DNA of 51,939 bases from an uncultured Acidimicrobiaceae bacterium (lineage in GTDB: Bacteria; Actinomycetota; Acidimicrobiia; Spongiisociales; UBA5794). Positions 36,984-47,762 of this stretch are shown here, piece after piece. Both the position numbers and the translations under genes were made by a program. Under the pieces are notes generated by a model. The model was given only the letters and a program-made list of their open reading frames with translations, was not told where the DNA came from and did no database searches. Numbering within the stretch: the stretch's first letter is position 1; every line of letters begins with the position of its first letter. The DNA is taken from NCBI GenBank assembly GCA_964387145.1, contig CAYLVM010000004.1, positions 2,796-54,734 of the forward strand, read 5' to 3'.

Positions 36984-38100
36984 CTCTGCGACGTTCATCC
37001 GCTCCGAAGAACAAGCGATGCTCGCCGCCACGGTGCGTGAGCTTCTCGAAACGAGCGCCACGCTCGACACGGTACGCGACATGTCGCTCACGAACGATGC
37101 TTTCAACCGGGATGCGTGGAACGGCCTCGCCGGTATGGGCTTGATAGGCCTCACGGTTTCCGAGGAGTACGGAGGCGCCGGGTACGGCTTTGCGGAGATG
37201 GCTGTCGTGTTCGAGGAGCTCGGTGCAATGGTGACCCCTGTGCCGATGCTGTCATCGCTCCTGGCTGCCACAGCGATACTCGAATCCGGGACCCGCGAAC
37301 AGAAGGCGGCCCTCCTGCCTCCGATAGCTTCGGGAGAGGCCGTCGGTACGCTTGCGGCGTTCGAAAGTCCACACTGTGACGGTGTGACCTCGATCGCCAC
37401 GTCGGCGATACCTACCGACGGTGGATGGGAGATCTCGGGGACGAAACGTTTCGTGACAGACGCTCCCAACGCAGACCTATTCGTCGTGACGGCAAACGTG
37501 GACGGCGAGACGAGCCTCTTCGCCATCGAGCGTGGAGCCGGAGGTCTCACCGTCACGTCCACGCCGTCACTCGATCCGACCCGGCCCCTCGGGCAGATCA
37601 CGTTCGAGGAGGTTCTCGTTCCCGACGATGCATATCTCGGCAGTACGCCGAACCCGAGAGCTGTTCGTCGTGCCCTTGACCTCGGCGTCGCTGCGCTTGC
37701 ACAGGAACAGGTCGGTGGAGCTCAGCGTTGCCTCGAGATGGCAACTGAGTACGCAAGGACCCGCTTCCAGTTTGGGAGGGCGATCGGCTCCTTCCAGGCG
37801 ATCAAGCACATGTGCGCCAACATGCTCGTCAGCGTCGAGCATGCGAGATCGGTTGCATGGCATGCAGCCCGCACGATCGACGACCCGGATGAGGCATCGA
37901 TCGCCGTACCCCTTGCACGGTCCGTGTGTTCGGACGCGTATCTCTCCGTTGCCGGGGCGAACATACAGGTACACGGCGGGATCGGGTTCACGTGGGAGCA
38001 CGATGCTCACCTGTACTTCAAGCGTGCGAAATCGACGTCGTTGCTCCTCGGATCGGCCGAGAGATACAGGGATCGACTCGCCGACGCGATCGGGATCTGA
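36976..38100 (+). CDS. Acyl-CoA dehydrogenase-like partner subunit
   Basis: RFQFGRAIGSFQAIKH and HGGIGFTWEHD motifs; overlaps the upstream ACAD. Confidence 0.92.
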   Translation: MADSATFIRSEEQAMLAATVRELLETSATLDTVRDMSLTNDAFNRDAWNGLAGMGLIGLTVSEEYGGAGYGFAEMAVVFEELGAMVTPVPMLSSLLAATAILESGTREQKAALLPPIASGEAVGTLAAFESPHCDGVTSIATSAIPTDGGWEISGTKRFVTDAPNADLFVVTANVDGETSLFAIERGAGGLTVTSTPSLDPTRPLGQITFEEVLVPDDAYLGSTPNPRAVRRALDLGVAALAQEQVGGAQRCLEMATEYARTRFQFGRAIGSFQAIKHMCANMLVSVEHARSVAWHAARTIDDPDEASIAVPLARSVCSDAYLSVAGANIQVHGGIGFTWEHDAHLYFKRAKSTSLLLGSAERYRDRLADAIGI

Positions 38101-38105
38101 TCGGG

Positions 38106-38708
38106 GTGAGCGAGACAGATCCGGCTGATCGTCGCGCCTCGCAAACGAAACGAGGCCATGAGCGCAAGGAGCGCATCATCGCGGTGGCGACGGACCTGTT
38201 CGATCGCCATGGGTATCACGCAACGGGGATCGATGACATCGGGGAGGCAGCCGGGATCACCGGACCGGGTGTCTACCGCCACTTCGCACGCAAAGACGAC
38301 ATATTGATGGAGGTCTTCGATCGGATCTGGCTGATCCTGCGAGACAGCGTCGACGCCGCGAGGGATCTTCCGCCGGGCGAGGCTCTCGACCTCATGGTTC
38401 GCACACATGTCCAACTCGTCATCGATCACCGGGTTGCCACGACGTTGTTCCTCAAGGAGCTCCAATCGCTCCCAGAGGAGTACCGGGCGAAGGTACGACG
38501 AAACGACGCGGTCTACCACGACGCCTGGGCGCAGGCGATCATGGGATGCAACCCACGATGCACGCTCGGTGAGGCGCGGATCGTGGCACGTTCCTGTTTC
38601 TGGGCGATCAACGCGTACGATGCGGATGCAACGAGCGATCGGCTCTCACCGACGCGGGCAGAAGAGGTGCTGACGTCGATCGCTCACGGTGTGCTCGGCG
38701 TGGTGTAG
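38106..38708 (+). CDS. TetR family transcriptional regulator
   Basis: HTH ATGIDDIGEAAGITGPGVYRHF..K. Confidence 0.92.
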   Translation: MSETDPADRRASQTKRGHERKERIIAVATDLFDRHGYHATGIDDIGEAAGITGPGVYRHFARKDDILMEVFDRIWLILRDSVDAARDLPPGEALDLMVRTHVQLVIDHRVATTLFLKELQSLPEEYRAKVRRNDAVYHDAWAQAIMGCNPRCTLGEARIVARSCFWAINAYDADATSDRLSPTRAEEVLTSIAHGVLGVV

Positions 38709-38755
38709 ATACCATGTCGATGACCGCGCGACGATAGAGATAGAGGCGAACAGAC

Positions 38756-39742
38756 ATGCAGTTCGGAGCTTTCATACCGCAAGGATGGCGTCTGGACCTC
38801 GTCGGCATCGACACGTCCGATCACTGGAGCACGATGGTCGACGTGACGAAGAAGGCTGAGATCCTTGGCTTCACATCGGCATGGGTGTACGACCACTTCC
38901 ACACCGTTCCGCTCCCGACACAGGAGCCCACCTATGAGGCGTGGACCCTCATGGCCGCCCTGGCGGTAGCGACCGACACGATCAGGCTCGGCCAGATGTG
39001 CACGTGTAACGGGTATCGCAGCCCTTCGTACCTCGCAAAGGTCGCTGCGTCGGTCGACGTCATCTCCAACGGCAGATTGGAGATGGGCATCGGTGGCGGT
39101 TGGTACGAACACGAGTACAACGCGTACGGATTCCCGTTCCCCAAGCCGTCCGTACGGCTCGGTGAGCTCGATGAGGCCGTCCAGATCATGCGGATGATGT
39201 GGAGCGAAGATGAATCGTCGTTCCCAGGCAACCACTACACGATCGACGGCGCCATCTGCCAGCCGAAACCGCTCCAGGATCCCATGATCCCGATCTGGGT
39301 CGCCGGAGGCGGTGAGCGGTACACCCTGGCAACGGCTGCCAGGTACGCCGACTACACGAACTTCGGGGGGACACCCGAGTCCTTCGTCGAGAAGTCGTCG
39401 ATTCTCGAGCGCCACTGTGAACGCGAGGGGAGGGAGTTCTCCTCCATCACGCGATCGTCGAACTTCAACGTCCTGATCGGTGAGAGCACCTCCAAGATCG
39501 CATCGAGAGAAGGGGAGTTGCGTGCCAGGTTCGCTGCGGTCCTCGACGATCCCGACCTCGCCATGGACCGGTTCTTCGGGGGAGTCGATGCGGTCATGGG
39601 AACTCCAGATCAGGTCATCGGGCACCTCAAGGCGTACGAGGCAGCGGGGATGGGGTACGCGATCATCTACTTCGCCGAGGCAGCCCACACGACCGAAGGC
39701 ATGGAACTGTTCGCAAGAGAGGTGATGCCAGCCTTCGCGTGA
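38756..39742 (+). CDS. LLM class F420-dependent oxidoreductase
   Basis: WVYDHFH, RLGQMCTC..YR.P, GIGGGWYEHE and GGGE motifs. Confidence 0.9.
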   Translation: MQFGAFIPQGWRLDLVGIDTSDHWSTMVDVTKKAEILGFTSAWVYDHFHTVPLPTQEPTYEAWTLMAALAVATDTIRLGQMCTCNGYRSPSYLAKVAASVDVISNGRLEMGIGGGWYEHEYNAYGFPFPKPSVRLGELDEAVQIMRMMWSEDESSFPGNHYTIDGAICQPKPLQDPMIPIWVAGGGERYTLATAARYADYTNFGGTPESFVEKSSILERHCEREGREFSSITRSSNFNVLIGESTSKIASREGELRARFAAVLDDPDLAMDRFFGGVDAVMGTPDQVIGHLKAYEAAGMGYAIIYFAEAAHTTEGMELFAREVMPAFA

Positions 39743-39743
39743 G

Positions 39744-41045
39744 CTACTCCTCGCCGTCGTAGAACTGAGCTGCTTCTGTCGAGCCTTCGAGGGCGAGCGT
39801 CGATGAGGATCCACCCGAGATGACCTGGCTGACCTGATCGAAGTACCCTGCGCCGACCTCGCGCTGGTGCCGTGTCGCCGTATAGCCGACCGCCTCCATG
39901 GCGAACTCGGCCTCCTGGAGTTCCACATACGCTTCCATTCCTCGTTCGGTGTAGCCCCTCGCGAGGTCGAACATCGTGGCGTTGAGGGCATGGAAACCGG
40001 CAAGGGTGATGAACTGGAACCGGTAACCCATCGTACCGAGCTCCTTCTGGAACGTCGCGATAGCGGCGTCGTCGAGGTGCCGCTTCCAGTTGAACGAGGG
40101 TGAGCAGTTGTAGGCGAGCATCTTGTCCGGGTAGCGGTCGTGGATCGCATCGGCGAATGTGGCTGCCTCATCGAGATCGGGTGTCGACGTCTCACACCAG
40201 ATGAGATCCGCATACGGCGCGTAGGCGAGACCTCGAGAGATGGCTGCGTCCATGCCGTTGCGGATCGTGTAGAACCCTTCGGCAGTCCGCTCACCGGTCG
40301 TGAACTCCCTGTCCCGCTCGTCGACATCGGTCGTCAAGAGGTTCGCGCCGAGCGAGTCGGTCCTGGCGATGACGAGTGTCGGTGTCCCCATCACGTCGGC
40401 AGCGAGGCGCGCCGATTTGAGCGTCCTGACATGTTGCGCCGTAGGGATCAACACCTTCCCACCCATGTGCCCACACTTCTTCTCGGAGGACAGCTGATCT
40501 TCGAGATGAACGGCGGCCGCTCCAGCGTCGATGAACGCCTTGGTCAGCTCGAAGACGTTGAGAGCACCTCCGAAGCCGGACTCGGCGTCGGCGACGATCG
40601 GGACCAGCCACTCGCGAGAGCCGTCACCCTCCGACCACTCGATCTGATCTGCTCGTCTGAGCGCATTGTTGATCCTCCGAACGAGCTCCGGAGCAGAGTT
40701 CGCCGGGTACAACGACTGATCGGGGTACACCGACCCGGCGAGGTTCGCATCTGCTGCCACCTGCCAGCCCGAGAGATAGATGGCATGGAGTCCCGCCCGG
40801 ACCATCTGGACCGCCTGGCCACCGGTCATCGCTCCAAGGGCGTTGACGTACTCGTCTCTGTTCAGGAGATCCCACAGCTTGTTGGCCATCGCCGAAGCGA
40901 CCGTGTGCTCCTCCACGAAGGACCCCTGAAGCCTGACGACATCGGCTGGCGTGTAGTCGCGTTCGACCCCGTCCCAACGTGGGTTGGTGTCCCAGTCATG
41001 GCGGATCGTGGCCGCCCGGGTTGCGATGATGTCTTCGTTCGTCAT
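39744..41045 (-). CDS. aceA: Isocitrate lyase
   Basis: [21 protein letters not shown] and QFITLAGFH motifs. Confidence 0.97.
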   Translation of the reverse strand: MTNEDIIATRAATIRHDWDTNPRWDGVERDYTPADVVRLQGSFVEEHTVASAMANKLWDLLNRDEYVNALGAMTGGQAVQMVRAGLHAIYLSGWQVAADANLAGSVYPDQSLYPANSAPELVRRINNALRRADQIEWSEGDGSREWLVPIVADAESGFGGALNVFELTKAFIDAGAAAVHLEDQLSSEKKCGHMGGKVLIPTAQHVRTLKSARLAADVMGTPTLVIARTDSLGANLLTTDVDERDREFTTGERTAEGFYTIRNGMDAAISRGLAYAPYADLIWCETSTPDLDEAATFADAIHDRYPDKMLAYNCSPSFNWKRHLDDAAIATFQKELGTMGYRFQFITLAGFHALNATMFDLARGYTERGMEAYVELQEAEFAMEAVGYTATRHQREVGAGYFDQVSQVISGGSSSTLALEGSTEAAQFYDGEE

Positions 41046-41067
41046 TGTCACTCCCGTGGTGTCGTTG

Positions 41068-42657
41068 TCAGGATTCGAGGATCTCGTAGGCGGGCAAGGT
41101 GAGAAAGTCTGGAAACTCGTGTGCGAGAGCAACTCGTTCGAACAGGGCACGTGCTTCATCGAATCGGGAAGCGTCGTAGATCTCGCTCCCGAGCTCGTTG
41201 CGGAGGCGTGAGGTCTCCTCGCCGGCGATCGTGCGAACGCGTTCCGCTGTGATCGGCATGCCGTCACTGGTCTGTGATCCCGAATGGATCCACTGCCATA
41301 TCTGGGAGCGGGAGATCTCAGCGGTCGCTGCATCCTCCATCAAGTTGTAGATGGCAGCTGCCCCGGTACCTCTCAGCCAGGATGCGATGTACTGGATCGC
41401 GACGTCGACATTCTGTCTGACCCCACCTTCGGTGATCGTGCCACCGGGTACGGTGAAGTCGGTGAGGTCGGCAGGCTCAACAGATACCTTCCGACGCTGC
41501 TTGCCGAGTTGGTTGGGAGCATCGCCGAGAACTTCATCGAAGATGGCTGTGACGAGCGGAACGAGGTCGGGGTGCGCTACCCATGTTCCATCACATCCGT
41601 CGGATGCCTCACGCGTCTTGTCCTCGCGCACCTTGGCCATGGCGACCCGGTTGATCTGCTCGTCCCGTCGTGATGGGATGAATGCCGCCATACCGCCCAT
41701 CGCGTGTGCGCCACGTCGATGGCACGTTGCGACGAGCAGCTCGGTGTACCCCCTCATGAACGGGACCGTCATGACGATTTGGCCACGGTCGGGGAAAGAG
41801 AAGTCATCCCGCGACCTGAACTTCTTGATGATCGAGAAGATGTAGTCCCATCGACCTGCGTTGAGGCCCGCTGAGTGATCGCGAAGTTCGTAGAGGATCT
41901 CGTCCATCTCGAAGGCAGCGAGGATCGTCTCGATGAGCACCGTTGCCTTGATCGTTCCTCTCGGGATGCCGACGGCCTCCTGGGCGAACACGAACACGTC
42001 GTTCCACAACCTGGCTTCGAGATGGCTCTCGAGTTTCGGCAGGTAGAAGTACGGCCCGGAGCCTCGCTCGATCAACTCGTGTGCGTTGTGGAAGAAGTAC
42101 AGTCCGAAGTCGAACAACGAGGCGGACACTGCAGTCCCGTTCACCGACATGTGGCGTTCCTCGAGATGCCAGCCGCGGGGCCGAACCATCAGGGTCGCTG
42201 TCTTCTCGTCGAGCTCGTACCGCTTGCCCTGCTCGTTCGTGAAGTCGATTCGGCGGCGGATCGCATCCGAGAGGTTGACCTGACCGCGGACCATGTTGTC
42301 CCAGGTCGGAGAGTTCGAGTCTTCGAAATCAGCCATGAACACCTTCGCGCCACAGTTGAGCGCGTTGATCACCATCTTGCGATCGGTGGGTCCGGTGATC
42401 TCGCACCGGCGATCTTCGAGGTCGGCGGGTGCAGGCAGCACGCTCCACGATGACGAGCGGACATCTGCCGTCTCGGTGAGGAACGTGAGGTCGGCACCGG
42501 CCTCGAGTTGTGCCTGGCGTTCGTCGCGCTGTTCGAGGAGTGCACGTCTCGAAGGGTCGAACCGGAGGTGCAGATCCGCGATGAACGCGAGCGCATCGTT
42601 CGATAGGACCGCCTCGTACCCCGACTCCATCCGACCTGTGATCGCTATCTCGCTCAT
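41068..42657 (-). CDS. aceB: Malate synthase A
   Basis: [27 protein letters not shown] and [11 protein letters not shown] motifs; 529 aa. Confidence 0.97.
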   Translation of the reverse strand: MSEIAITGRMESGYEAVLSNDALAFIADLHLRFDPSRRALLEQRDERQAQLEAGADLTFLTETADVRSSSWSVLPAPADLEDRRCEITGPTDRKMVINALNCGAKVFMADFEDSNSPTWDNMVRGQVNLSDAIRRRIDFTNEQGKRYELDEKTATLMVRPRGWHLEERHMSVNGTAVSASLFDFGLYFFHNAHELIERGSGPYFYLPKLESHLEARLWNDVFVFAQEAVGIPRGTIKATVLIETILAAFEMDEILYELRDHSAGLNAGRWDYIFSIIKKFRSRDDFSFPDRGQIVMTVPFMRGYTELLVATCHRRGAHAMGGMAAFIPSRRDEQINRVAMAKVREDKTREASDGCDGTWVAHPDLVPLVTAIFDEVLGDAPNQLGKQRRKVSVEPADLTDFTVPGGTITEGGVRQNVDVAIQYIASWLRGTGAAAIYNLMEDAATAEISRSQIWQWIHSGSQTSDGMPITAERVRTIAGEETSRLRNELGSEIYDASRFDEARALFERVALAHEFPDFLTLPAYEILES

Positions 42658-42768
42658 GCCTGTCCTTTCGGTGTATCGGCAGGAAAGGCGAAAAATGATG
42701 GATAGGCAAACGCGGACACGAATAAGAAACGCTATAGTTGTTGGAAATCATGAGAGGTAGGTATCTTC

Positions 42769-44217
42769 GTGGCGACGATCGACCCGTTGATGTTCGGCCA
42801 ACGCGTCAGGCACTTCCGGAAGCGAGCCGGGATGACGCTCGATGATCTCGGTTCGCTGGTGGGCAAGCCTGCTCCGTACCTCTCCCTTCTCGAGAATGGA
42901 AAGAGAGAGCCAAAGCTCGGTGTGATCAACGATCTGTCGGTGGCGCTCGGTGTCGACGCAGGGGAGCTGCTTCGGCCGGAAGCCCCCACCCGTCGGGCCG
43001 AGCTCGTAGTTGCGATCGAACGTGCTCAGCGCGACCAGGCCTATCGGGACCTCGGTCTTCCGTATCTCAAGGCAGGGACGCGCATCCCCGACGTGGCGCT
43101 CGAGCACATCGTTCGCCTGTACGAGGAGCTTCGTGGCAGAGACGCTGCGGCATCCTTCACAAGAGATGAAGCCCGAGCGGCAAACGCCCAGTTGAGGGCC
43201 GAGATGACGGCTCGCGGCAACTACTTTCCCGAGATCGAGCGTCTAGCGACCGAGGCCGTCGAGGCGATCGGCTACTCGGGGCAGGGAGCGATGTCGAAGG
43301 GCGACCTCAACGCCCTTGCAGCTCACTTCGGCTTCACCGTGACGCGGACACCCGACATCCCGGCATCGGTGCGATCCGTCACCGACACCCGCAACGGCAA
43401 GATCTATGTGCACGGGCGAGACAGCTTCGATGCGAAGCAGGCACGTTCGGTGATCCTCCAGACCCTCGGCCATTTCGCGCTCGAGCACGCCGATCCGAAG
43501 GATTTCGGAGAGTTCCTCCGTCAGCGGGTCGAGGCGAACTACTTCGCCGGTGCCGTCCTGGTTCCCGAATCGTCCGCGGTGCCGTTCCTTCTCGATGCGA
43601 AGTCGGATCGGAACCTCTCGGTCGAGGACCTGAAGGACCGATTCTTCGTGTCCTACGAGATGGCAGGCCACCGGTTCACGAACCTCGCAACGCAGCATCT
43701 CGGGTTCGGAACCCACTTCCTGCGTTCCGACGATCAGGGGATCATCTGGAAGGCGTACTCCAACAACGGTGTGCCGTTTCCCAAGAACAGCGCCGGGGCG
43801 ATCGAAGGCCAACGGTTGTGTCGGGAGTGGGGGACGAGACAGGCGTTCACGTCCGATGCGCGCTTCACCATCCATTACCAGTACACAGACACGAGTGAGG
43901 GCACGTTCTGGTGCGCGACGTTCGTCGAGACGGCACAGGAACCGGCCCACGCCATCACGGTCGGTGTTCGGTTCGAGGATGCACGTTGGTTCCGGGGTTG
44001 GAACACCGAACGCCACTCCGTGTCGAAATGTCCGGATGGTGCGTGTTGCCGCTTTGTGAGTGAGGAAGCAGCGGAGCGGTGGAACGGCTACGCCTGGCCG
44101 TCCGTTCGGCCGAACTCCCACGTCCTTGCCGCTATGCCGGTCGAGACCATTCCAGGGGTCGACATGGTCGAAATCTACGAGTTCCTCACGCGTCGCGAGA
44201 ACGGGGCTTTCGACTAG
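42769..44217 (+). CDS. XRE-family RamB/PrpR(ScfR)-like regulator
   Basis: N-terminal HTH (YLSLLENGKR), EANYFAGAVL, VSYE..HR and C-terminal Cys cluster; divergent from aceBA. Confidence 0.85.
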   Translation: MATIDPLMFGQRVRHFRKRAGMTLDDLGSLVGKPAPYLSLLENGKREPKLGVINDLSVALGVDAGELLRPEAPTRRAELVVAIERAQRDQAYRDLGLPYLKAGTRIPDVALEHIVRLYEELRGRDAAASFTRDEARAANAQLRAEMTARGNYFPEIERLATEAVEAIGYSGQGAMSKGDLNALAAHFGFTVTRTPDIPASVRSVTDTRNGKIYVHGRDSFDAKQARSVILQTLGHFALEHADPKDFGEFLRQRVEANYFAGAVLVPESSAVPFLLDAKSDRNLSVEDLKDRFFVSYEMAGHRFTNLATQHLGFGTHFLRSDDQGIIWKAYSNNGVPFPKNSAGAIEGQRLCREWGTRQAFTSDARFTIHYQYTDTSEGTFWCATFVETAQEPAHAITVGVRFEDARWFRGWNTERHSVSKCPDGACCRFVSEEAAERWNGYAWPSVRPNSHVLAAMPVETIPGVDMVEIYEFLTRRENGAFD

Positions 44218-44253
44218 TTCTCTCTGGGCGGCACCATCGTTAGCCTGCTCGAT

Positions 44254-45507
44254 GTGTCTATCACGTCGCGTACGGTGCTTGTCGGGTTGCTCGCTTCACT
44301 CGGCTTGCTTGGTTACGGTTGCACGGAGGCGAACGCTCCGTCGACGACGGCACCGCCGATCCTCTCGACGACATCGACCGCACAGGACTCCACGACCACG
44401 CCGCTCATCGCGACCACCACGACGGTTGCAGCCACCGACGCTTCAACCACGTCTACCGTACCGCTCGATGAGCTCACACTCATGTTGTCGGAGACCGACT
44501 CGGGGTTCACCTCACCGGTGCTGCTACGTGCCGATCCATCCGGCGGCCGGGATCTCGTAGTCGAGCAGATAGGTCGGATCGTCCGGGCCGATGGGGGCGC
44601 TCACGACGTCGTGCTCGACATCAGCGATGACGTCCTCTTCGACGGTGAGCAGGGACTTCTCGGGTTGGTGTTCCACCCGGACTTCGCGAGCAACGGCCTC
44701 GCCTACGTCAACTACGTCGACAGATCGAGACGTACCGTCATCGAGGAGTTCTCCGTCTCTGCCGGAGTGTTTGAACAGGACTCTCGAAGGGTCATCCTCA
44801 CGATCGACCAACCGGCCGGCAACCACAACGGAGGCATGATCGAGTTCGGTCCCGATGGGTACCTCTGGATAGGTATGGGCGACGGCGGCGGTGCCGATGA
44901 CCGCTTCGGGAACGGACAACGCCCAGACACCCTCCTGGGCGCCATGTTGCGAATCGCCGTGGGTGTTCCCGGTTCAGCGTACGCGATACCTCCAGACAAC
45001 CTGTTCGCCGATGGCGAAGGTGGGCGTCGCGAGGTGTGGGCGATCGGGTTGCGGAACCCGTGGCGTTTCACCATCGACGGTGGCACCGTGTGGATCGCCG
45101 ACGTCGGCCAGGGCGATGTTGAAGAGATCGACATGGTCGACGCGACGGTCGGCGGGCTCAACTACGGTTGGCCGATCATGGAGGGTGATAGGTGCTTCCG
45201 CGACGATGGCTGTGACACCGACGGCCTCGTCATGCCGGTCGTCGTATACGCACACGACGAAGGGTGCTCGATCACCGGCGGCAGGGTGTATCGAGGCAGA
45301 GCCATCCCCGAGATCGTTGGCCAGTTCTTCTATTCGGACTACTGCTCGGGATTCATCCGTAGCTACGCACCAGAGACAGGATCGATCGACTGGACGAGCG
45401 TGACGGGACGCCTCGATGCGGTGACGGCGTTCGGCAGCGGCGGCGACGGTGAGTTGTACGTCGTGTCGCACACCGGATCGATCTACCGGTTGGAGGCAGA
45501 GCGGTGA
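44254..45507 (+). CDS. PQQ-dependent sugar dehydrogenase (GSDH) lipoprotein
   Basis: GLLGL.FHP, NHNGG..FGPDG and GLRNPWR motifs; lipobox; Thr-rich linker. Confidence 0.92.
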   Translation: MSITSRTVLVGLLASLGLLGYGCTEANAPSTTAPPILSTTSTAQDSTTTPLIATTTTVAATDASTTSTVPLDELTLMLSETDSGFTSPVLLRADPSGGRDLVVEQIGRIVRADGGAHDVVLDISDDVLFDGEQGLLGLVFHPDFASNGLAYVNYVDRSRRTVIEEFSVSAGVFEQDSRRVILTIDQPAGNHNGGMIEFGPDGYLWIGMGDGGGADDRFGNGQRPDTLLGAMLRIAVGVPGSAYAIPPDNLFADGEGGRREVWAIGLRNPWRFTIDGGTVWIADVGQGDVEEIDMVDATVGGLNYGWPIMEGDRCFRDDGCDTDGLVMPVVVYAHDEGCSITGGRVYRGRAIPEIVGQFFYSDYCSGFIRSYAPETGSIDWTSVTGRLDAVTAFGSGGDGELYVVSHTGSIYRLEAER

Positions 45508-45621
45508 TCGTCGTAGCGGCGTTCATTGCTTCCTATGTTCGCACAGGCGATCGATGCGGGGCATGATGGAGCCGACGACATCGACGACGTCCGCCCCCAC
45601 GAAAGCGACAGAGCACGAGCC

Positions 45622-46551
45622 ATGAACGCACGACCGATCATCATCGACACAGATCCCGGTCAGGACGATGCGATCGCGATCCTGCTTGCGCTGGCATCTC
45701 CCGAACTCGAGGTGACGGCGATCACCTCGGTTGCAGGAAACGTTCCTCAGCCGCTTGTGACGGAGAACTCCCTCGGGCTTCTCGCCCTTGCAGGTCGCGA
45801 GGACGTCCCCGTGTACCGGGGATGCGAACGTCCACTTCTGCGAGATCTCGTCACCGCGGAGTACGTACACGGGCCGACCGGAGTCGATGGGGCGGTTCTC
45901 CCTGCGGCGACGGTCGAGGCCCGTACGACCCACGGCGTCGACCACATCATCGATGCATGTCGAGAAGCACCAGATGCATCGGTCACGCTGTGCCCGATCG
46001 GGCCGCTGACCAACATCGGCATGGCGATCGCCAAAGAGCCGTCGATCGTCGACAAGATCCGTGAGATCGTCTGGATGGGTGGTGCTTTCGACGAGGCAGG
46101 CAACACGACGCCCGTTGCGGAGTTCAACGCGTATGTCGATCCCCACGCGGTTCACATCGTGTTCACCTCGGGGATCCCGCTGACCATCTTTCCCCTCGAT
46201 GTCACGCACAAAGCACTGATGCTGCCCCGCCACATCGAGATGCTCGCATCGTACGGAACCCGGATCGCTGAGGCGGCCGCCGGGATGATCCGGTTCTACG
46301 AGATATACGACATCGACAAATACGATCTCCCAGGCGCACCGCTGCACGATCCGTGCGTCGTTGCATACCTTGTCGACACGAGCCTCTTTCAGGGGGCACG
46401 CCACCACGTACTCGTCGACACGACGAACGAAGAGACGATCGGAAACACCTACGTCGATGATTCGGGCGGTGAGCCGAACGCCCTGATCATCACCGATGTC
46501 GACGCCGAACGATTCTTCACCCTCGTCGTCGAGCGAATCGGGCAGATGTGA
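45622..46551 (+). CDS. Nucleoside hydrolase (IU-NH family)
   Basis: DTDPGQDDA, AEFNAYVDP and LHDP motifs. Confidence 0.93.
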   Translation: MNARPIIIDTDPGQDDAIAILLALASPELEVTAITSVAGNVPQPLVTENSLGLLALAGREDVPVYRGCERPLLRDLVTAEYVHGPTGVDGAVLPAATVEARTTHGVDHIIDACREAPDASVTLCPIGPLTNIGMAIAKEPSIVDKIREIVWMGGAFDEAGNTTPVAEFNAYVDPHAVHIVFTSGIPLTIFPLDVTHKALMLPRHIEMLASYGTRIAEAAAGMIRFYEIYDIDKYDLPGAPLHDPCVVAYLVDTSLFQGARHHVLVDTTNEETIGNTYVDDSGGEPNALIITDVDAERFFTLVVERIGQM

Positions 46552-47690
46552 CCGATCGACCTCTCACCGGACTCCACGTCGTTGAACTTGCAGGTATCGG
46601 GCCGGCACCGTTCGCTTGCAACTACCTCGAAGATCTCGGAGCAGCAGTCGTGCGTATCGACCGGGCTGTGGGGTCGAACGCTCTTCCCGATGCTATGGCT
46701 TCCATCGGCCGACGGGAACGCCCGACGTTGTACCTCGACCTGAAGGACGAGGAAGATCGTGTGATCGCGACAACGCTGATAGAGCGTGCTGATGTCCTGA
46801 TCGAAGGATTCCGGCCGGGGGTTGCCGAGCGTCTCGGCATAGGCCCTGAGCCGATGTGTGCGAGGAACCCGTCGCTGATCTATACGAGGATGACCGGATG
46901 GGGCCAGACCGGTTCGTACGCGTCGATGGCCGGGCACGACATCAACTACATCGGCCTTGCAGGAGCCCTCGCAGCGATCGGAACACGAGCGCTTCCGATC
47001 CCGCCGCTCAACCTCGTCGGTGACTTCGGGGGAGGTGGCATGTTCGCCGTTACAGGGATCCTGGCTGCGGTGTTCGAACGATCGGTCTCGGGGACCGGCC
47101 AGGTCCTCGACGTTGCCATGGTCGATGGTGTCGGCACGCTGATGGGACCCATCCGTGATCTGGTCAACGCCGGAGTGTGGCGGGACGAACGCGAAGCGAA
47201 CTTCCTCGATGGAGGAGCGCCGTTCTACCGGTGCTACGAGACGGCCGATGGCGCCTACGTGGCTGTCGGTGCCCTCGAACCCCAGTTCTACGACCAGTTG
47301 CTCTCGGGTCTCGATCTCGACGAGAACGACCTCGGGAACCGGTTCGACAGGGATAACTGGCCTACGATCACTCGTCAGATATCGTCGGTGTTCACTCGCC
47401 GTACCCGTGAAGAGTGGATGGAGGTGTTCGACGGGACCGATGCGTGTGTCACTCCCGTGCTCACCCTCAGCGAGGTCCAAGCCCATGTCCACAACCACGA
47501 CCGTGGTGCGCTTCGCGATGGCCCCGGCGGTTCCATCCCGGCGATTGCTCCCCGGTTCGAGCATCTCGACGCTGATGCGCCGGTGCCCGGCGTCGACGTT
47601 GATGCGGCGATCGGCTTCCTCGACGCGATGGGGTTGGACGTCGGCGCCGTCGACGCCATGCTCGCTTCAGGGACACTCCGTTGGGTGTGA
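46548..47690 (+). CDS. CaiB/BaiF CoA-transferase (alpha-methylacyl-CoA racemase-like)
   Basis: GIGPAP, EGFRPGV.ERLG, AGHDINY and GDFGGG motifs. Confidence 0.92.
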   Translation: MTDRPLTGLHVVELAGIGPAPFACNYLEDLGAAVVRIDRAVGSNALPDAMASIGRRERPTLYLDLKDEEDRVIATTLIERADVLIEGFRPGVAERLGIGPEPMCARNPSLIYTRMTGWGQTGSYASMAGHDINYIGLAGALAAIGTRALPIPPLNLVGDFGGGGMFAVTGILAAVFERSVSGTGQVLDVAMVDGVGTLMGPIRDLVNAGVWRDEREANFLDGGAPFYRCYETADGAYVAVGALEPQFYDQLLSGLDLDENDLGNRFDRDNWPTITRQISSVFTRRTREEWMEVFDGTDACVTPVLTLSEVQAHVHNHDRGALRDGPGGSIPAIAPRFEHLDADAPVPGVDVDAAIGFLDAMGLDVGAVDAMLASGTLRWV

Positions 47691-47762
47691 CATGTCGGTA
47701 GGGCGAATGTGGCGCAGAAGCGGGCATAATGCGTCCTGTTCACGTCTCTGCGGGGAGGATCG

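Noticed and set aside
45508-45621. Riboswitch upstream of the nucleoside hydrolase
   Set aside because: No recognisable aptamer consensus or convincing stems.
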